64,000 nucleotides of DNA from Kudoa neothunni. Taxonomy: Eukaryota; Animalia; Cnidaria. This document shows, piece after piece, positions 37,803 through 52,149 of the stretch. The DNA is taken from the NCBI GenBank assembly GCA_964304625.1, contig OZ199840.1, forward strand, positions 2,846,630-2,910,629, given 5' to 3'. Within the stretch, counting starts at the first letter, position 1. Each line of letters starts with the position of its first letter. Under the pieces are notes generated by a model. It searched no databases and was not told the DNA's origin. It saw only the letters and a list, made by a program, of their open reading frames with translations. The translations under genes were made by a program, and so were the position numbers.

Positions 37803-39626
37803 TTAATTTGATTTTGGTTTGATTCTCCAAGAGTCGATCGGTATATGTTGTAGACTGTTAAATGACTGGCTCAAAAATTTATACCAAAACAATCCAAACA
37901 ACAAGCAAACAACTAACTGAATATAAAAGCCATCAACAATGAAGATGCAATTAGAGGATGACGAATTTTCATCACATTTTTTAATAGTGAACAGATCAAC
38001 AGTTAAAAGAACAAGAGAATTCGGCCATTTAGTTCCAAGATTACATACAGTATTTAAGAGAGTCATTTGGGCTCCGCCATAAACAGGATCAGAAATTCGG
38101 GCAAAAAATCCCATCGAACTCACATACATCACATATAATGGTATCTACAGTAATTATAAAATTAACCATCTCAAATCTCACCCATTCTCAAACTTACTTG
38201 ATGAACTATAAAGGCAATCAATACCAGGCCAAGATACCAATTAGGGAAAGGATACGAACCATGACTGTTGGACGAGGATGCATATGAGTGGTTGTCTACG
38301 GTTTTTATTTGGTTGGCCATCCACACTAATGTGAACGAAACCAACGCAAACCCCAATCTAACGGGATACACTTTTGATTGTATAGTTAGAGGGCCATGCA
38401 TTGAAATGTATTTATCCAACAGAAATGGTAGTAACAACTGAAGAACTATGATAGGTAGCGACATGAGTACAAGAATATTTTTGTCTAACCCTATTTCAAT
38501 CAGTTTCTTGCTGGTGAGTGCATCCATGGCTGCAAATCCTATCTACAAACAATAAATCACATCCACAATCAAAATATTATTACTTTATAGAATAGCAAAT
38601 GAAACATGAGTGATTTGATAGGAGACAGGTTGAGGTATTTCCATAGAGAAATGTAGGAATTTTTAACCTTTCCAAACGAATTGAGAGATACATCCGCGCT
38701 TTTAGAATGATGATCAACATCGCACTCATCCACATGAAATGCAATAATCAAAGTAGTGGCAAGGAAGCAACAACCAAAAATATTAAAAAGTTGGGATTCG
38801 GTAAACAATTTTTGATTGTTCGAAATGAAATAAAGATATTTGGAACAGAAACTTTCCGAGGACAACAGCAGAAATGCCAAATTTGCAATAACATAGCCTA
38901 GTGTTTGGCCAACAGAGTTACAGATTGAAGCCATGTGGACATTCCCCTGTTCAAATATGGCTAACGCCCAACCATCTACTGCGATATCTTGAGTGGCTGC
39001 CAATGTCATAGTCAATGTCAAAACACTAACGAACCATATCACAGTTGAACTTTGGTGCACATTTTCCATCACAAAATCTATCTCTCGAGAGAGATAGAAA
39101 AACAACAACCCAAGGACCAACTGAACGGGGATAAGCCAGGACTTTCGTCGTCCAACTCTTTTCGAATAGAAAGAATCAACAATCGGAGCCCAAATTAGTT
39201 TTACACTGAATGGCCAAAATGCCAAACTTAACAATCCCAAACTTTTGTAGCTTGCTCCTTTCAACTAAAATAATTAAATTTTACATTTCTCGTTACACTC
39301 TTGCTTTAGCACAAATTAGTTGATTTAATTTACCTGCATTACAATAGAAAAGGCTTCAATCATACCAATCGGGAAACCTTGGCATGTGTATAAGATGATA
39401 AGAAATATGATGTTGTATGTGGCTAATAGACGAAAAAAATAATTGCAATTTGCGTACTAATGTAATGTGTGAATTTACACGAATGTGATGATTGGACTGT
39501 GGATCGTTTTTCAGAAGTTACAGGGCGATTTTCGATCAGTTTCACTCCATCAATATCATTCAGTTGATGTATTTCATCGATTATATGCAACGAAGACAAA
39601 TTTTCTTCAATAGCATCAAAACCCAT
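37803..39626 (-). CDS. SLC33A1: Acetyl-CoA transporter 1 (MFS), 5 exons
   Basis: LYTCQGFPIG, WPFSVKLIWAPIVD, GRRKSWLIPVQ, AATQDIAVDGWAL and ISDPVYGGAQMTLLNT. All four GT-AG introns restore frame. Confidence 0.96.
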
Positions 39627-39696
39627 GAGAACAAAATTTGAATGACGAAGCTTATATACTACTGCGTTTAGGATGTGCGCATACATTGAATAAGCT

Positions 39697-39849
39697 TAAG
39701 GTGAGTGGGGAGACAATAACTCCCGATGTCGACATGTCGATTTAATCATAGCGACATCGTGCCTTATACTAAGGTTACACACTGTATGGCCAGTTCACGC
39801 ATGTCCTGTATCGCATGTCTTTTCGAGGGCAGTGTATGCTGTAACTTTT
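39697..39849 (+). ncRNA. Candidate structured RNA, family unassigned
   Basis: Five nested complementary segment pairs in a GC-elevated island, an ANANNA hinge, and a T-run end. Strand is inferred. Confidence 0.3.
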
Positions 39850-41644
39850 CTCAGTATAAATATTACTTATTTCCTATTTTATTTAATTAAAACTTTTTGT
39901 TTTATTTTCTACTACTATTTTAAATCAAAATACTCTATTGAATATGTCATGATGAGCCGTTAAATTTCTTACAAACAATAATATTCAGGTAAACTTATTT
40001 TTACTTGTATTTAATTAATTTTATTCTATTTGAGTGTAGTTTTGAGGCAGAATAAATACAGTGGAAATAAAAAGTTACTATAAATTAACTGTTTTTATCA
40101 GCTATAAATGGAAGTTTTTAAGAATGAAAAATCCGTACACACACGGATTTCCGGTTTGCTTTATATAGTAAATTTATAACAATTCAGAAAGTTCAAATTC
40201 TCAACAAAATTTTTGTCAACAAATGTCATCAACTCACAGGAAAATATGAAAATTTATTTTAAAGTGATTTGTAAATAATAATAATGGTTTGATATAATCG
40301 ATATGCTTACATCGATCAAAATTTTTGTGTGTACGCATCAAATTTGGAGTCAACTTTTTTTAAATGTTTAAAGCTGTAGGTTCTCAAAAATTCACAATCA
40401 ATTGTTATTCCGTATCTAAAAATATTTTAAAAAAAAAGCTTTTTAAAAATTTAAAATTTCTCAAGGTTTAATATGTATTTTTATAGTAGATATATTATAT
40501 AATAACAATTAATGACAATAATGATTTCTTAGACAATAAACGACAAAAATTTCTGTACAACTTTTTTAAACTAAGAAAAACAATATTTTCGCTAAATCTT
40601 TTATAAAAAAATGTAACGATTATACATAAAAATAAGTTATATTGTTTAAAATGTCGCTATTATGAATTTTTAAACGCATATCATAATGTTATAATTTTCT
40701 AAGATTATTTTTAATTTTTTTTTAAATAAATACAAATCAGTATAACCTTTTAAGATTATTCTGGAGACACAAGACGAAGTAATACAATATGTATCAATAA
40801 GTGCATAATTATTATACGAACAATAAATTTTATGTTGAATTTAAAAATTTCAAGCTTATTACTACCTACAATCATGTGATTTTGTGATTTATTCTTATGT
40901 AAAAGGTATCATAATACTGATCGTATTTTTGGGATATATTTCTTTAATTTTCCAATTTCAATCGAATCTTCTTATTAGAGTCTATATTATAGATATGACA
41001 GACAATTTTTTCAATAGTATGAATTTCAGAGAACTTGGTTCTTAATCTTCCGATGCACTTCCAATTTTGGCACTTCTAATATTATGTGTTTGTTGAATGA
41101 TTCTTTTTGTATATTACTCATTAAATCAACGAAAATTATTATTTCTTTTTTTTAATACTAAAGTTTTTATTCCTAATATTGCTTATTTTTCAAATGTTTT
41201 CCTTAGTTGCGCACGCACGTCCGAAATTTCGTCATATCGTATAATTTATTAAAATTAGTTTGAATTTTGTTTCACATAGATATAAATTAATTTAACATTT
41301 TAAAAGTATTTGGGGGGAAATATTCAAAATTGAGCGCCAAGGAGGTGCAATTTTTTCTTTTGCTCATTTAAAATTTAAATGATCGTTAAGTGTGAAAAGG
41401 TTAAAAATAAATCTTTATTGGATATTTCCTGAATAATCATAATAAGTATAATTTTTTAATTATAGCTAATACTTTCTGAAGTACATTAAAACAAATTCTT
41501 TTCGAAACAAAAATGTTATTTTTATTAAAAAGTTTGATATTTAATATATATATTTCAAAATTTTGACGCTGAAAAGAAACAAAATTTCAGAAAATAAAAT
41601 TAACAATTATTCCAAAATTATTAATTTTAGGAGTAAAAATATCT

Positions 41645-43115
41645 TTACAGCACACAAAGCACACTGATAGGAATAAACATGCATAATGCACCGCAAAATG
41701 AGCCAAGTTGGATAAATATACTGCATATGAGCATTCTTTCTGGATTGCATGAACCAGCTATGGTACAAACGATTTGACGTACTGCGCTTGATATATGTCC
41801 ATGTAGGATAAAGGCAAAAATCTAAAAAGCTAATTAAAGCCAGTCAATGTATATTGTTACCATACCAACAAAGGTTTTAATACATCGGTACCGCCCTCAT
41901 AATTATATTTTGGCAGTAAAATCGAAACCAGCACAAATATCGTTATTAAAACTGACCCGAGGGAGTAAGTCAGAAGCCCCCAATGATTACGGAACATTTT
42001 CCACATCAATATCACACTTGTTATTGCACTGGATAGAAGAGATAAATTACTACCTGAATTAATTAAAAATAAACATATTGAATAAACTCAATAAAAACAA
42101 AAATACATAAAAACACAACTTTTCCTGTATAGTGAGGGAATAGCAGAGGTAAAAGTTGAACAATAACGCCGTTACTGATAAAGGAAACAATTGTAAGAGA
42201 CACCAAATAAGATAAAAAAATTCGATCAATAGTTTTCCATTCTGAATGAAGTTTTCTGAACAAACCGGCAAGTTCTACCTTTCTAGGTTGAGATTTTCTT
42301 TCATCTACGTATACCTTGTAGCATTTATTCATTTTGCTGCTGAAATATTCGGCGTAGGCAATAACAAGAAATGCCACCAGTGAAAACACCAGCAATATAG
42401 CAATAATAATAAAATAGGTCCTAGTGAGAAATCTCTTTCCATCAATTATTTGGGTGGTAGTGCCCGGAGTTTGAGTGGGATCGTTTCTACTGCAAAACAA
42501 TGTATTTTGAGGGTACTTTTTTATAGTGGTTGAATTGACCGCATCTATACCTTGTATAAAAGCTAGAATGCCAGGTATTAGGCTGGAAAGACTTTGGCCA
42601 ACAAAGAATGCAGAAAGATATGTATACGGAAACAACGACATGTATGGTAAAAATGTCAATGTGGAAGTAGTATCTGCTGCAGCAAGAATAAAGCAATTAA
42701 GAAGAACGGGCAAGCCAATTGCTTTATTATTCTCCAAAACAACAGCTTTATCGTAGGTGAATGCCAACGAAAACATACTACCAACACCAACACATAGGAT
42801 GATAATAATGAGAGGTCTTTCGTGGAAAATATTAGGTTTCAATTTTCGAGCTATCACATACAGTATTGGGAAAATATTTCCAATCTGTATCAACATAGCT
42901 ATGTACGAACCAATATCTCTACCCTCTGGAAGACGGCTTACTAACACACTGTACTGACTGAAAACCGAGTTGATATCAATCCAAGAGCCCCATCCAAAAA
43001 CAACCACCAAAAAATACAACAGTAAGTTCACTTTAGGTGAAGCTTGTTGTTGTATATCGTTGTCATTATCTGTTCTTGATGTAACGTTAAGGTTTTTTTG
43101 TTCGTCAGTTTCCAT
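41645..43115 (-). CDS. SLC52A: Riboflavin transporter (SLC52 family), 3 exons
   Basis: FGWGSWIDIN, LPEGRDIGSY..QIGN, DTTSTLTFLPYM, FFVGQSLSSLIP and the C-terminal QLGSFCGALCMF. Confidence 0.93.
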
Positions 43116-43986
43116 TGAAACACTTTGTACTACTTAATCTTGACAAAGAGGATCCTAATTAAAACAGATTTATAAAAATATCAGCAATAATGAAACTATC
43201 ATAACTTTATGCATATACATGCACACTAAAATATTAAATTAAGAATAATTTTAAATTATCTCTACATTTGTAATTAATTTTCTCAATTTTAACATTAAGT
43301 AGAATAAGCATTATACGTCTAATAACTTTTGCTTCACCTTATAATAAACATTCTTACACTTTAAAACTTTTAAATACGAGATATTCACTTAATTGGATAT
43401 AATTTAACAAAAATCTAAGCATTTTTATCTATATTTGACCTATAGGAAAAATATTGGTTAGATTTAAATACATAATCAGTAAGTTTTTCATCCCATTACC
43501 TAAAACTGCTCAGAGGGTCTTTATTTTAGATGAGTCATCATGTTTCCGACAATGCAATCTCTTAAGGGGAAATTACAACGACTAAGATATTCAACAATTG
43601 TATATTTGTATCTCAATTCGCTTTTCGATTTTATTATAGTAAGCAATTGTCTCTAATCCATTACATTAAGAAAATTAAATAAATCAGTTGTTAATTAAAT
43701 TTACGACTACCGAATAAATAATCATTTGTAGAATTGTTAAAGCTTAGATTATTTTTGTATAATAATAAAGATCTAACTCTAATCTAAAACATAACATCTA
43801 TATCTTACGTTCGTTTTATAAAACCACTACTCGTATTAAAAATTAAGTCGACAATTTTTACAAGGCTTAAATTAAGTTGATTTTTTTCTCAAAATTTCAA
43901 AAAACCGCATTTAATATATAAATAATTCTATTATTTGTGTAAATTTGACTTTAAAAGGTAAATAAAATAATAAATCTGCCAATATT

Positions 43987-44000
43987 GTTACCTTAGCAAC
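43987..44000. promoter_or_regulatory. RFX X-box-like palindrome in the SLC52/WRAP53 divergent intergenic region
   Basis: GTTACCTTAGCAAC fits RYYNYY-N2-RRNRAC, ~220 bp upstream of the WRAP53 ATG. Confidence 0.3.
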
Positions 44001-44219
44001 GATCGTTAAATCAGGAGAAAACAAATAAAATTATGATAGGTGAACAGCTGGTTTATATAGAAAATAATTACCGAATGAATTTACTTTCACTTTTTACCCA
44101 GTCCAATAAAAAACCCCAGCCTGTACAGAATAAACGATATGAATAGTTCAAATGCGTGCGCCGTTAGATCATACTTGAACGTCTATCTTATTTTAACCGT
44201 TATAAAATGAGCATGCGCA

Positions 44220-45480
44220 ATGCTTGAAAAAACTAAGCCTTTCTGTATTTTTACTGACAATTTAGTGGATTCGCCACAAAATATTGGCAAATATTATAAC
44301 GGATGTGAATGGGCACCCGATGGGTCATGTCTTATGACATCATCAAGCGATAATATTTTACGAATATATGACACGCCAGTAATTAATGAAGAGCTTTTCG
44401 ACAGTAAAATGTCATATCAATGGAAAGCATCCGTTGAAATTGCTCAAAGCGAATCAATATACGATGCCCAGTGGTATCCCCTAATGAAATCAACTGAGCC
44501 CGCTACGTGTTTTCTAGCTACCACCTCCAGAGATCAACCAATTCAATTGGTTGATGCATATTGTGGCAAAAAAATCCACTCTTTTCTTTGCCAAGGCACT
44601 AATCAGTGTGTAGTTAATCCGATCTCCCTCCAATTTACCCCAGATGGCTGCAGTTTAGTAGCTGGGTTCAAAAAAGAAATTAGGTTTTTTGATGTAATCA
44701 CTAATTTATGTTCAACTAAATAAGACCAAATTTAGTTGATTAATCTTAAAGCAGCCGGTAACATGAGTACTGTGAATAAAAACAATTCCTTGAATAGTTT
44801 GATTTCGACGATTTCGTTTGATAAAGAGACATTTGAATCGAATGGATTGGTTGCATGTGGATCCTATGACTCTAAAGTGGCCATATATGACTACTATAGT
44901 GGGGATTGTGCTGTTTTATTTGATTTGAAAAAAGATATTTCTACGCTCAGTAAGACAACAGACAATGTCACAATTAGCAACCTTGGTTGTGGTGGTGTTA
45001 CCAAGGTGAGATGAGGCTGTGTCTCATGTGTTTCTAATAGATAGTTGTTAGGTTTTGCTGTCAAATGGTGGCAGTTTGGTTACCTGTGGCACTAGAAAAT
45101 GTGATTGGATTGTTCAGTACGATATTCGTGTTGGTGATCGACCTTTGGCATTTTTCCAACGACACATCAACAATAATCAAAAGATTGCTTTTTGCTTTGA
45201 TAGCGAATGCAATTTTATGTTATCAGGAGGAACCGATGGAAATTTGAATGTATGGAATACTCAAGATTGCCAGCTTATTAATTACCCCACATTACAAATA
45301 CCTATGCACTTTGGACCATTCACTGGATGTGCTTTTCATCCATGCTCCAAATTACTCGCTACAGCGTCTGGTTCTAGGATTTTCGATTACCCGGGTGATG
45401 TGTTTATCGATAAAAATAACGATCAATTCTTTCTACCTGATGCGAGACTTTGCTTGTGGTATCTTGGAGATTTATCTTGA
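44220..45480 (+). CDS. WRAP53: Telomerase Cajal body protein 1 (WD40), 3 exons (introns 42 and 46 nt)
   Basis: GCEWAPDGSCLMTSSSDNILRIY, IYDAQWYPLM, TSRDQPIQLVDAY, NNQKIAF and LLATASGSRIF. Confidence 0.95.
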
Positions 45481-47340
45481 CCTATTTAGTCTTCTTGTTG
45501 TAAATTTTTGTAAATACGTAGAAGTTTTTTTTACATTTGCGTTAATTTTTGAATTTAATATAGTTATTTTAATTCACAAATTTGTATTTGGACAACTTAC
45601 TAAGTAAATAACGTATTTAATCTCTAACAAGGTTGGAGATTAGCTCCGCCATTTTGGATAGTAGGATCTATGTAAGATTAGAATTGGTATAATATGATCT
45701 AAATATCAATGAAATTATCGATGCCTAAGTATTATTTAAATTAAATGATAAAAACTATTCTAAAGGCTATTAAATTTTGTTATAATACAAAATAAATGTA
45801 CTCATGTTGCTAGGTAAATTAATTTTTATTCTTCAACTTAATTTTGATTTTTAAATTATTATTAATTTTTACCCGAAGATTACTAAAATATTAAGAGAAC
45901 AAAAGAATGGGGAAAAATCTGGGATCTAATATACTCCAAATAGCACATTGTGTGTAGTCGATTTTATGGCGCTCGGAATGTTAATAAATGTCAAATTTGC
46001 ACATTGGAATTTATGGTTATTGTGATTTGAGGTGAGAATAAATGAGCATTGATATCCTGAAAGATATAGTAAATTTGAGTTAAGAAACCAAGAGTGTTTT
46101 GAATTCTGGGATAATGACAATTTTTGAGTACGTGAGAATAACCACTTTGAGTAAGAAAGGAATAACACATAGTTTCTTGTCTTTTCGTAATTTAATTCAT
46201 CATTTGGGATTTTTTTAAAGACAAAACTAAATTAGTTCATACCCTTAAAGTTTGATATAATATAATTATTATTAAATAAAACATAATATCTCCTAATAAT
46301 AATTTTTGCTGGTTCAAAGGTTTGGTAATAATACAGCCCGTGGGACATGAAAACACCCCTTTGCGCACCTTGTTTGTCGCCAATTTTTACGATTCTATTT
46401 AATCAAATAAATCTATGTGGAGTGCAAAAATTCAATATCGAGAAAAAATTTCTAAATTTTAACCAAATCTTACTTCGAGAAAAATTGTTCCCACGTGTAA
46501 TCTCTCTTCTTTTTACAGACTTGCCTATTTCCTAAAAACGTCACGAAATTTAACACAATCGTCGATTAAAATCATTTAAGTTATTTTTTAACATAATTGT
46601 TAGATCAAATGGTAAGTTAAATGCTCTATATAGTGGTGTAATATTTTACAAATTTAACAATTCAATTTATTCATATCTCAATGGGTAAAATGTGCATATG
46701 ACTAATATGAATTGTGTAAAAATAATACGTTTAGTTTATAAATTTTATTACTGAATTTGTTTGAAAATTTGACCATGAAAAATAAAAATATTGTTTTCTT
46801 TCAAATTTTGGCATTTAATATGTTTATTATCTTCTAACAAAATTATAAGTTATTATATTTGTCATGAACAAATAAATAATGTACAGCTGTTATCAAAATA
46901 TAAAATAGACGATTTTAAAGGTTATGTAGATAAATCCATTGGAGGATGTAAATGTGTGTTACACACAATTTTGTTAGCTATTCTATTTGAGTAGTCGTAA
47001 AAAATTTAAAATGTTTATTTTAACATTTTTATCATTACTACTTACCTGTTTTTAAAAATCTCCGTATTAATGAATTTGAAAGAAAAATGACGTCGATGTC
47101 ACTTAATTTTAGAGTTGATTTTTTAATGAAATTATGCGTCTGATATATTTTTTCATTTTACTTCTCTTTTATGAAATTCAGAAAATTTCAATTTGAAAAC
47201 ATTAATATATCTAACAAATTCGAAAATAACTAACATATACTCATTTTAATAGCATTGCTCCATTATTGTTAATCAATTGAATTGGAGGTTTTTCCGTAGA
47301 GACAGTTTCGCATATTCGCAAAGAAGTTTAACGAAACATT

Positions 47341-47387
47341 TTTTTAAATTGGAAATTTGTCTGCGAGCCATAGGTTCCCGACCCCTG
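47341..47387 (+). repeat. Dispersed hAT-like right terminus; second copy at 61061-61108
   Basis: AATTGGAAATTTGT(C/G)TGCGAGCCATA(G/A)GTTCCCGA(C/T)CC(C/T)TG is present twice. Confidence 0.65.
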
Positions 47388-48986
47388 CTCTAAAGCAAAG
47401 AATCTCAACCGTTTTTTAATCTTTACCCCCTCGGCCTGATGAAAAATCCAAATATACTCTCTTAAATAGGAAGTTAAATTCGTGTCTACTTTAAGATAGT
47501 ATACTTATTTAAGTATTACTAGGCTGGATCTCTAAAAGATAAACGAGACATAAAAGAAACTGATAATAATTTTATAGAAAATTGTTGGTATCAAATTCTG
47601 ATGACACTTAATTTACTCTTGTTTGTTTAAAATTTACCCCTGGTTGAATAAGCATAACCTACTTTTTACATTATGTTAATTTGTTACGAGATAAAAAATT
47701 TTCACAATTTGGCAAAAAAGATCGATCAATCATGCTCGCGATGTTGAAGAAGGAAATATTTCCAATCACTTCAACGCATGTTTCTCTTATAAAAATAATT
47801 AATTATTTATATTGTAAGTGAATAGTATTATTTTTAGTCTCAACCTATATAATTCAATTATATTAACCCTCTATGTATATTATTGTATGCATGCGCTATT
47901 AAATGCGTAAAACTTGATGTGATCAACATTGCACACTTTTTCCTCGGCCCTGAAGAAATTGCATCAAACCGATTAACTAGTGTATTGTTTTTGGAAAAAC
48001 AGGATTATCATTTAAATTTAATATCATTTTATTTACCCTGAGTTAGAACAAATATATCTTATCTATTAATATTTACTTATCACCGAGCCGAATTGTATGT
48101 GTTAATGCGTTTATTTCCTCAGGAAGATTGAGATTATTGACGTAGAAATTTCGTACATCCCTGAATAACTTAGGCATATTAAACTACAAACTAGATGGCC
48201 TAAATTCATTGACACAATTTAATATGTATAATTATGTAATTATTTTAGTATTGTAACTCAATATTTCTCTAAATTAATACGTGTGATTTTGCACAAGAAG
48301 CGATTATCTTAACAGTCTCCTAAGGACCACAAAATAAGATGAATAAAACATGTTGATTCATGTGTTTTATGATTTCAGAAAGCAAACATTTTTTTAAAGC
48401 TAAAAATCAATAAAAAATATAATATTAACGAAAGCATTAGTGTGATACTTTGGGCTATGATAACAGAGATAATTATATGATAAAAAAATAAGTAATTTCA
48501 GTTCCAAGCTGTTTATGATGTTAAATCCCATATAAAAGTAAAAATAAATTATATTTTGGATATAAATAATTATACAATTAATCATTATACAAATAAATTC
48601 ACTATCACTATTATATAAAAACGGATATTATTCAATATTGTCTTTATTCGTAATATATATTTATTGATACTCTCTAGTTTTCTTGTTCTTTAATGACGTA
48701 TAATCTAATAAAAAATTTAACCAACAATTTTTTGTCTCCTTACATAAATCTTACTAATTTTAAATACTTAACACAAGGATAATGCGATTATCACCATGAA
48801 AACATTGGACTATTACTCTTCTATATAAGAATAACATACATTAAATTAAATTAAAATTTATATTAAATATAAAAAAAATACCACCCTTATTATATGTACG
48901 TTTAATTTGGTTATAATTATTAAAAAGGAGTAAGTATCGATAGAACCCGAGTGGAACTTAATTATTGGAAAATATAAAATCATTTG

Positions 48987-49656
48987 ATGACCGGTGAATC
49001 CAACGAATTATTGAATAAGTTCCAAAGAAGAGAGCAATTGCGTGAGGGGCAAGTGGAATCATCCCAGCGAGAAGTTGGAAAATCAATCTATTCCAGGTAC
49101 CCAGACCTCACACGTAAACAACTGAAGGAAATACAAAATTTTTTCAACAAGTAGTCCCACCCCATAATTTTCAAGAAATGTACGAAATTTAGGTATGATA
49201 GTGGGAAGCAGGGTTACCTGGGGCAGCCAGACCTACAACGTATGTTTGAAGGGATGGGTAACGCACTCACCTACTTGGAACTGAAGAAAATGATTGAAGA
49301 AGCTGATAATGATGGTGATAAGATGGTTGATATAATTGAAGTAGTTTGGTTGCTGTGATTTTTGTTCAAGTTTTCTCTTCTAGTTTATCGATATTCTCTT
49401 AAAGATTTCAAACGATTATGGTAGCGTAAGTGCGGATAGTCCTTGGTTGAAGTTAGCTCAGCTGCCTGAAATCGATATAACCGTCGAAGGAGTCGGTGGA
49501 GCTAAAAACTTTTTTGAAGCCAAATCTGCAGCTCTTACCAAAAACAATCGTTTCGAAGAAGAGATCAAGAAGGAAAGAGAAGAAAGAAAAGCTATAGAAG
49601 AAGAAAGGAAGAAAAAGAGAGCTGAGTTCAAAAATCTCAAAGCCAATTTCCAATGA
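48987..49656 (+). CDS. EFHD2: EF-hand domain protein EFHD1/2 (swiprosin), 3 exons
   Basis: IYSRYPDLTRKQLKE, two EF-hand loops (YDSGKQGYL, ADNDGDKMVD), EIDITVEGVGGAKNFFEAK and a coiled-coil tail. Confidence 0.93.
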
Positions 49657-49894
49657 AACCTACTTCGTTAAATTATAAACTAATCATGTTACTGTTCCGT
49701 GGATTTTGCTTTGTTTAATTTATGATTGCAGTGCGATAATTTATTTTTGTGAATATTAAGTAATTTAGAATTATATAAAGATGAAATTATGTGTATGTAA
49801 ACCGATTTTTTGCACTTTTAGAAATCTTACAATAAACGTTTTAGAAACGCTCTTATTTTCAAGGAATCATTGTAACTTCCTTTTTATTATAATG

Positions 49895-49924
49895 CTAGTG
49901 GGAACTGCCCAGCGTTGGTTGGGG
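49895..49924 (-). mobile_element. Possible Helitron 3' terminus
   Basis: Minus strand CCCCAACCAACGCTGGGC, a spacer, then CTAG. Confidence 0.35.
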
Positions 49925-50928
49925 AAGGTTTCGCATAGAGACGTTTTTTAATAATATTCAAAAAATATATTGAAGTTTAGAATTAACTCATAGAAGCAAA
50001 AGAACGGAAAAATTTTAAGCATCATACTTTAACGATTTGGATTATGAAATTTAAATGATGATTATTTATGTGAAGTGATGTGCTAATCCCGGCGTTTAAT
50101 TAACAATTAAAATAAATAATTATTGATTAATACTAAATTAAAATATCTATCTCTAAAATTTGCGAGAAACGTATATGACGGTTCGGATGGATTGGCTCAT
50201 TCATTAAATCTTATATGAAATATTAAAATGATGTCATAACAAAATGAAAATTATTATAGGAGGCCAATGATTTTGTTCTAATTGCACAAGGTCACATAAT
50301 TATGTAACTTTCAATATAAAATTAATCTTTGAGAATAAGCTTTGCATCAACTAATTAAATTATAGACTAATAACAAGAAAAAGTTAAATAATTATGTTAA
50401 ACATTTTTCAAATAAATTTATCAAATGTGTTATATTTTTTATTATAAATAATGTATAAATCTGTATTATTATTACATGGGAAACAACGGTTTAAAAAAAT
50501 CCGATGGTAAATATCTTCCATTATTAATCAAATACCTTTTAAATTTAGCAAGAGAAATCCGCAAAAAAAAATTTATAAACTAAAACATCATTATTATTTA
50601 TAAAAATTTTAGTATTGTAATTAAAATTGTTTTTAAATACCGAAAAATACCTATAATTATAAATGATAAGCATTAAAAAACGAATAAAATATTAGAACAA
50701 ATTTCATGTTTCAGATTTAATTATCATGTTTTTACGTCACAATTATAAATTAACATTTTAAACCTGTTTTTTATAAAAATATTTTATTACTTTCTTCAAC
50801 TGTGATAGTATATAATCGCATCATCGTTAAAAAAATAAAACTTAATATAAAGATAAACGATTATATCAGATGAAATCACAAATTTTGAAATTTTAATGAA
50901 TCTAACAAGACGGATGTATCATTATTAA

Positions 50929-51733
50929 CCCTCGGAAGCTGGAACTCAAAAAACTTACGCGAGTGCCGGTGGGGGTAAGTGAACTACCCCCACCGATTCT
51001 CAATGTTGCTGCGCTTATTCCATAAGATTTATTATTTCAAATGGTTAACAATCATATAAACTTGAATAAAACGACCTTGGAGGTGAAAATAATTAAGTCA
51101 TTTAGAAGAAAAATACAAGTGATTAATAATGGGTATTTCCATAAAAACGGCACGGCAAAACATTATACCTACCAGAAATATAGATTATGTGATAAAATGG
51201 ATATCTGTAAATTTATAGAAAACTTAATGCTAATTTTTTAGTGAGTTTCTATCATTTTAACGAAACGGCCGGCGGCAGCATCGTGATGATATTACCCGAC
51301 GATATTCGTTAATCTTATAATTATACCGAGGATTAAACTAGCTGGGAAGCGATTTGAAGCAATCGATGTTAATAAACTAACTTCAAATTTGTATTATCCC
51401 GATATAAATAAATTTTTTACAATAAAATTAACCTAAACTGATTATAAATTTACAGGTTAACAGCCGTTATATGTTATTATTTTTTTATAATAAAAATATT
51501 ATTTAAAAGAATTAGCAAGTATTATTAACACGAAAATAAATAACTTCAAATTTAAAGATGCTTTATCTACGTTGAATTTAAAAGATAAAAAATGTTTTCT
51601 AATATATACGAAGCATTAATTATGTCGGAAGATTACCCGAAGCCAAATATGGTTCTTTAAAATTTTAAGAGGAAAATTTCAACAAATACATACATTGGGG
51701 GTGCACGAACTACCCCGCTTCGTCCCGGAAGGG
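50929..51733. mobile_element. Non-autonomous piggyBac-like element
   Basis: TTAA|CCCT...AGGG|TTAA, with subterminal GGGGGT-N-GAACTACCCC hairpins near both ends. Confidence 0.75.
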
Positions 51734-52149
51734 TTAATCAATTGGATCATGTAAAACATGTGAACTTATAGAATATGGTTTTTATTCTTATAAGGACAAT
51801 CCATCTATTCAAAATGAAAATAACTACCTCACGTATGTATTAAACGCGGATAAACTGAAGAATGCTATCTAAGAAATACGCTGAACATTTTAACTTAAGA
51901 CCCAAATGGATTGAATGGCTTCTACCCGGTGATGGATGAGATATCTAAAATTGTAGAATATACACAGAAATATATTTTATAACAATTTTCCCAACAAATA
52001 GATGTTAATTAGTTCGTTTCGAAGAAAATAATAGAATTTCATTTTTTATTTAACATAGTTTTTTAACATTTTGGTCTTACTTTAACTCTGTTTGAAGAAA
52101 TATTGAATTCAAATCTTTCAGATGAGTCTTCGTTCATTTGGTTAATCGA

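Noticed and set aside
39758-39778. GCCTTATACTAAG resembles U5 loop I or the U12 5' end
   Set aside because: The flanks do not form the U5 stem, there is no Sm site, and there is no U12 branch-point recognition sequence.
42125-42135. Apparent GA donor in SLC52
   Set aside because: A canonical phase-1 GT donor 18 nt further on restores frame and family alignment.
42487-42957. Antisense and alternate-frame ORFs over SLC52; similar shadows over EFHD, BUD32, WRAP53 and the transposases
   Set aside because: Shadow ORFs of real coding strands with no motifs of their own.
44694-44735. Two in-frame stops between WRAP53 ORFs, suggesting stop-codon reassignment
   Set aside because: A 42-nt GT-AG intron removes both in frame, and host genes end in TAA, TAG and TGA normally.
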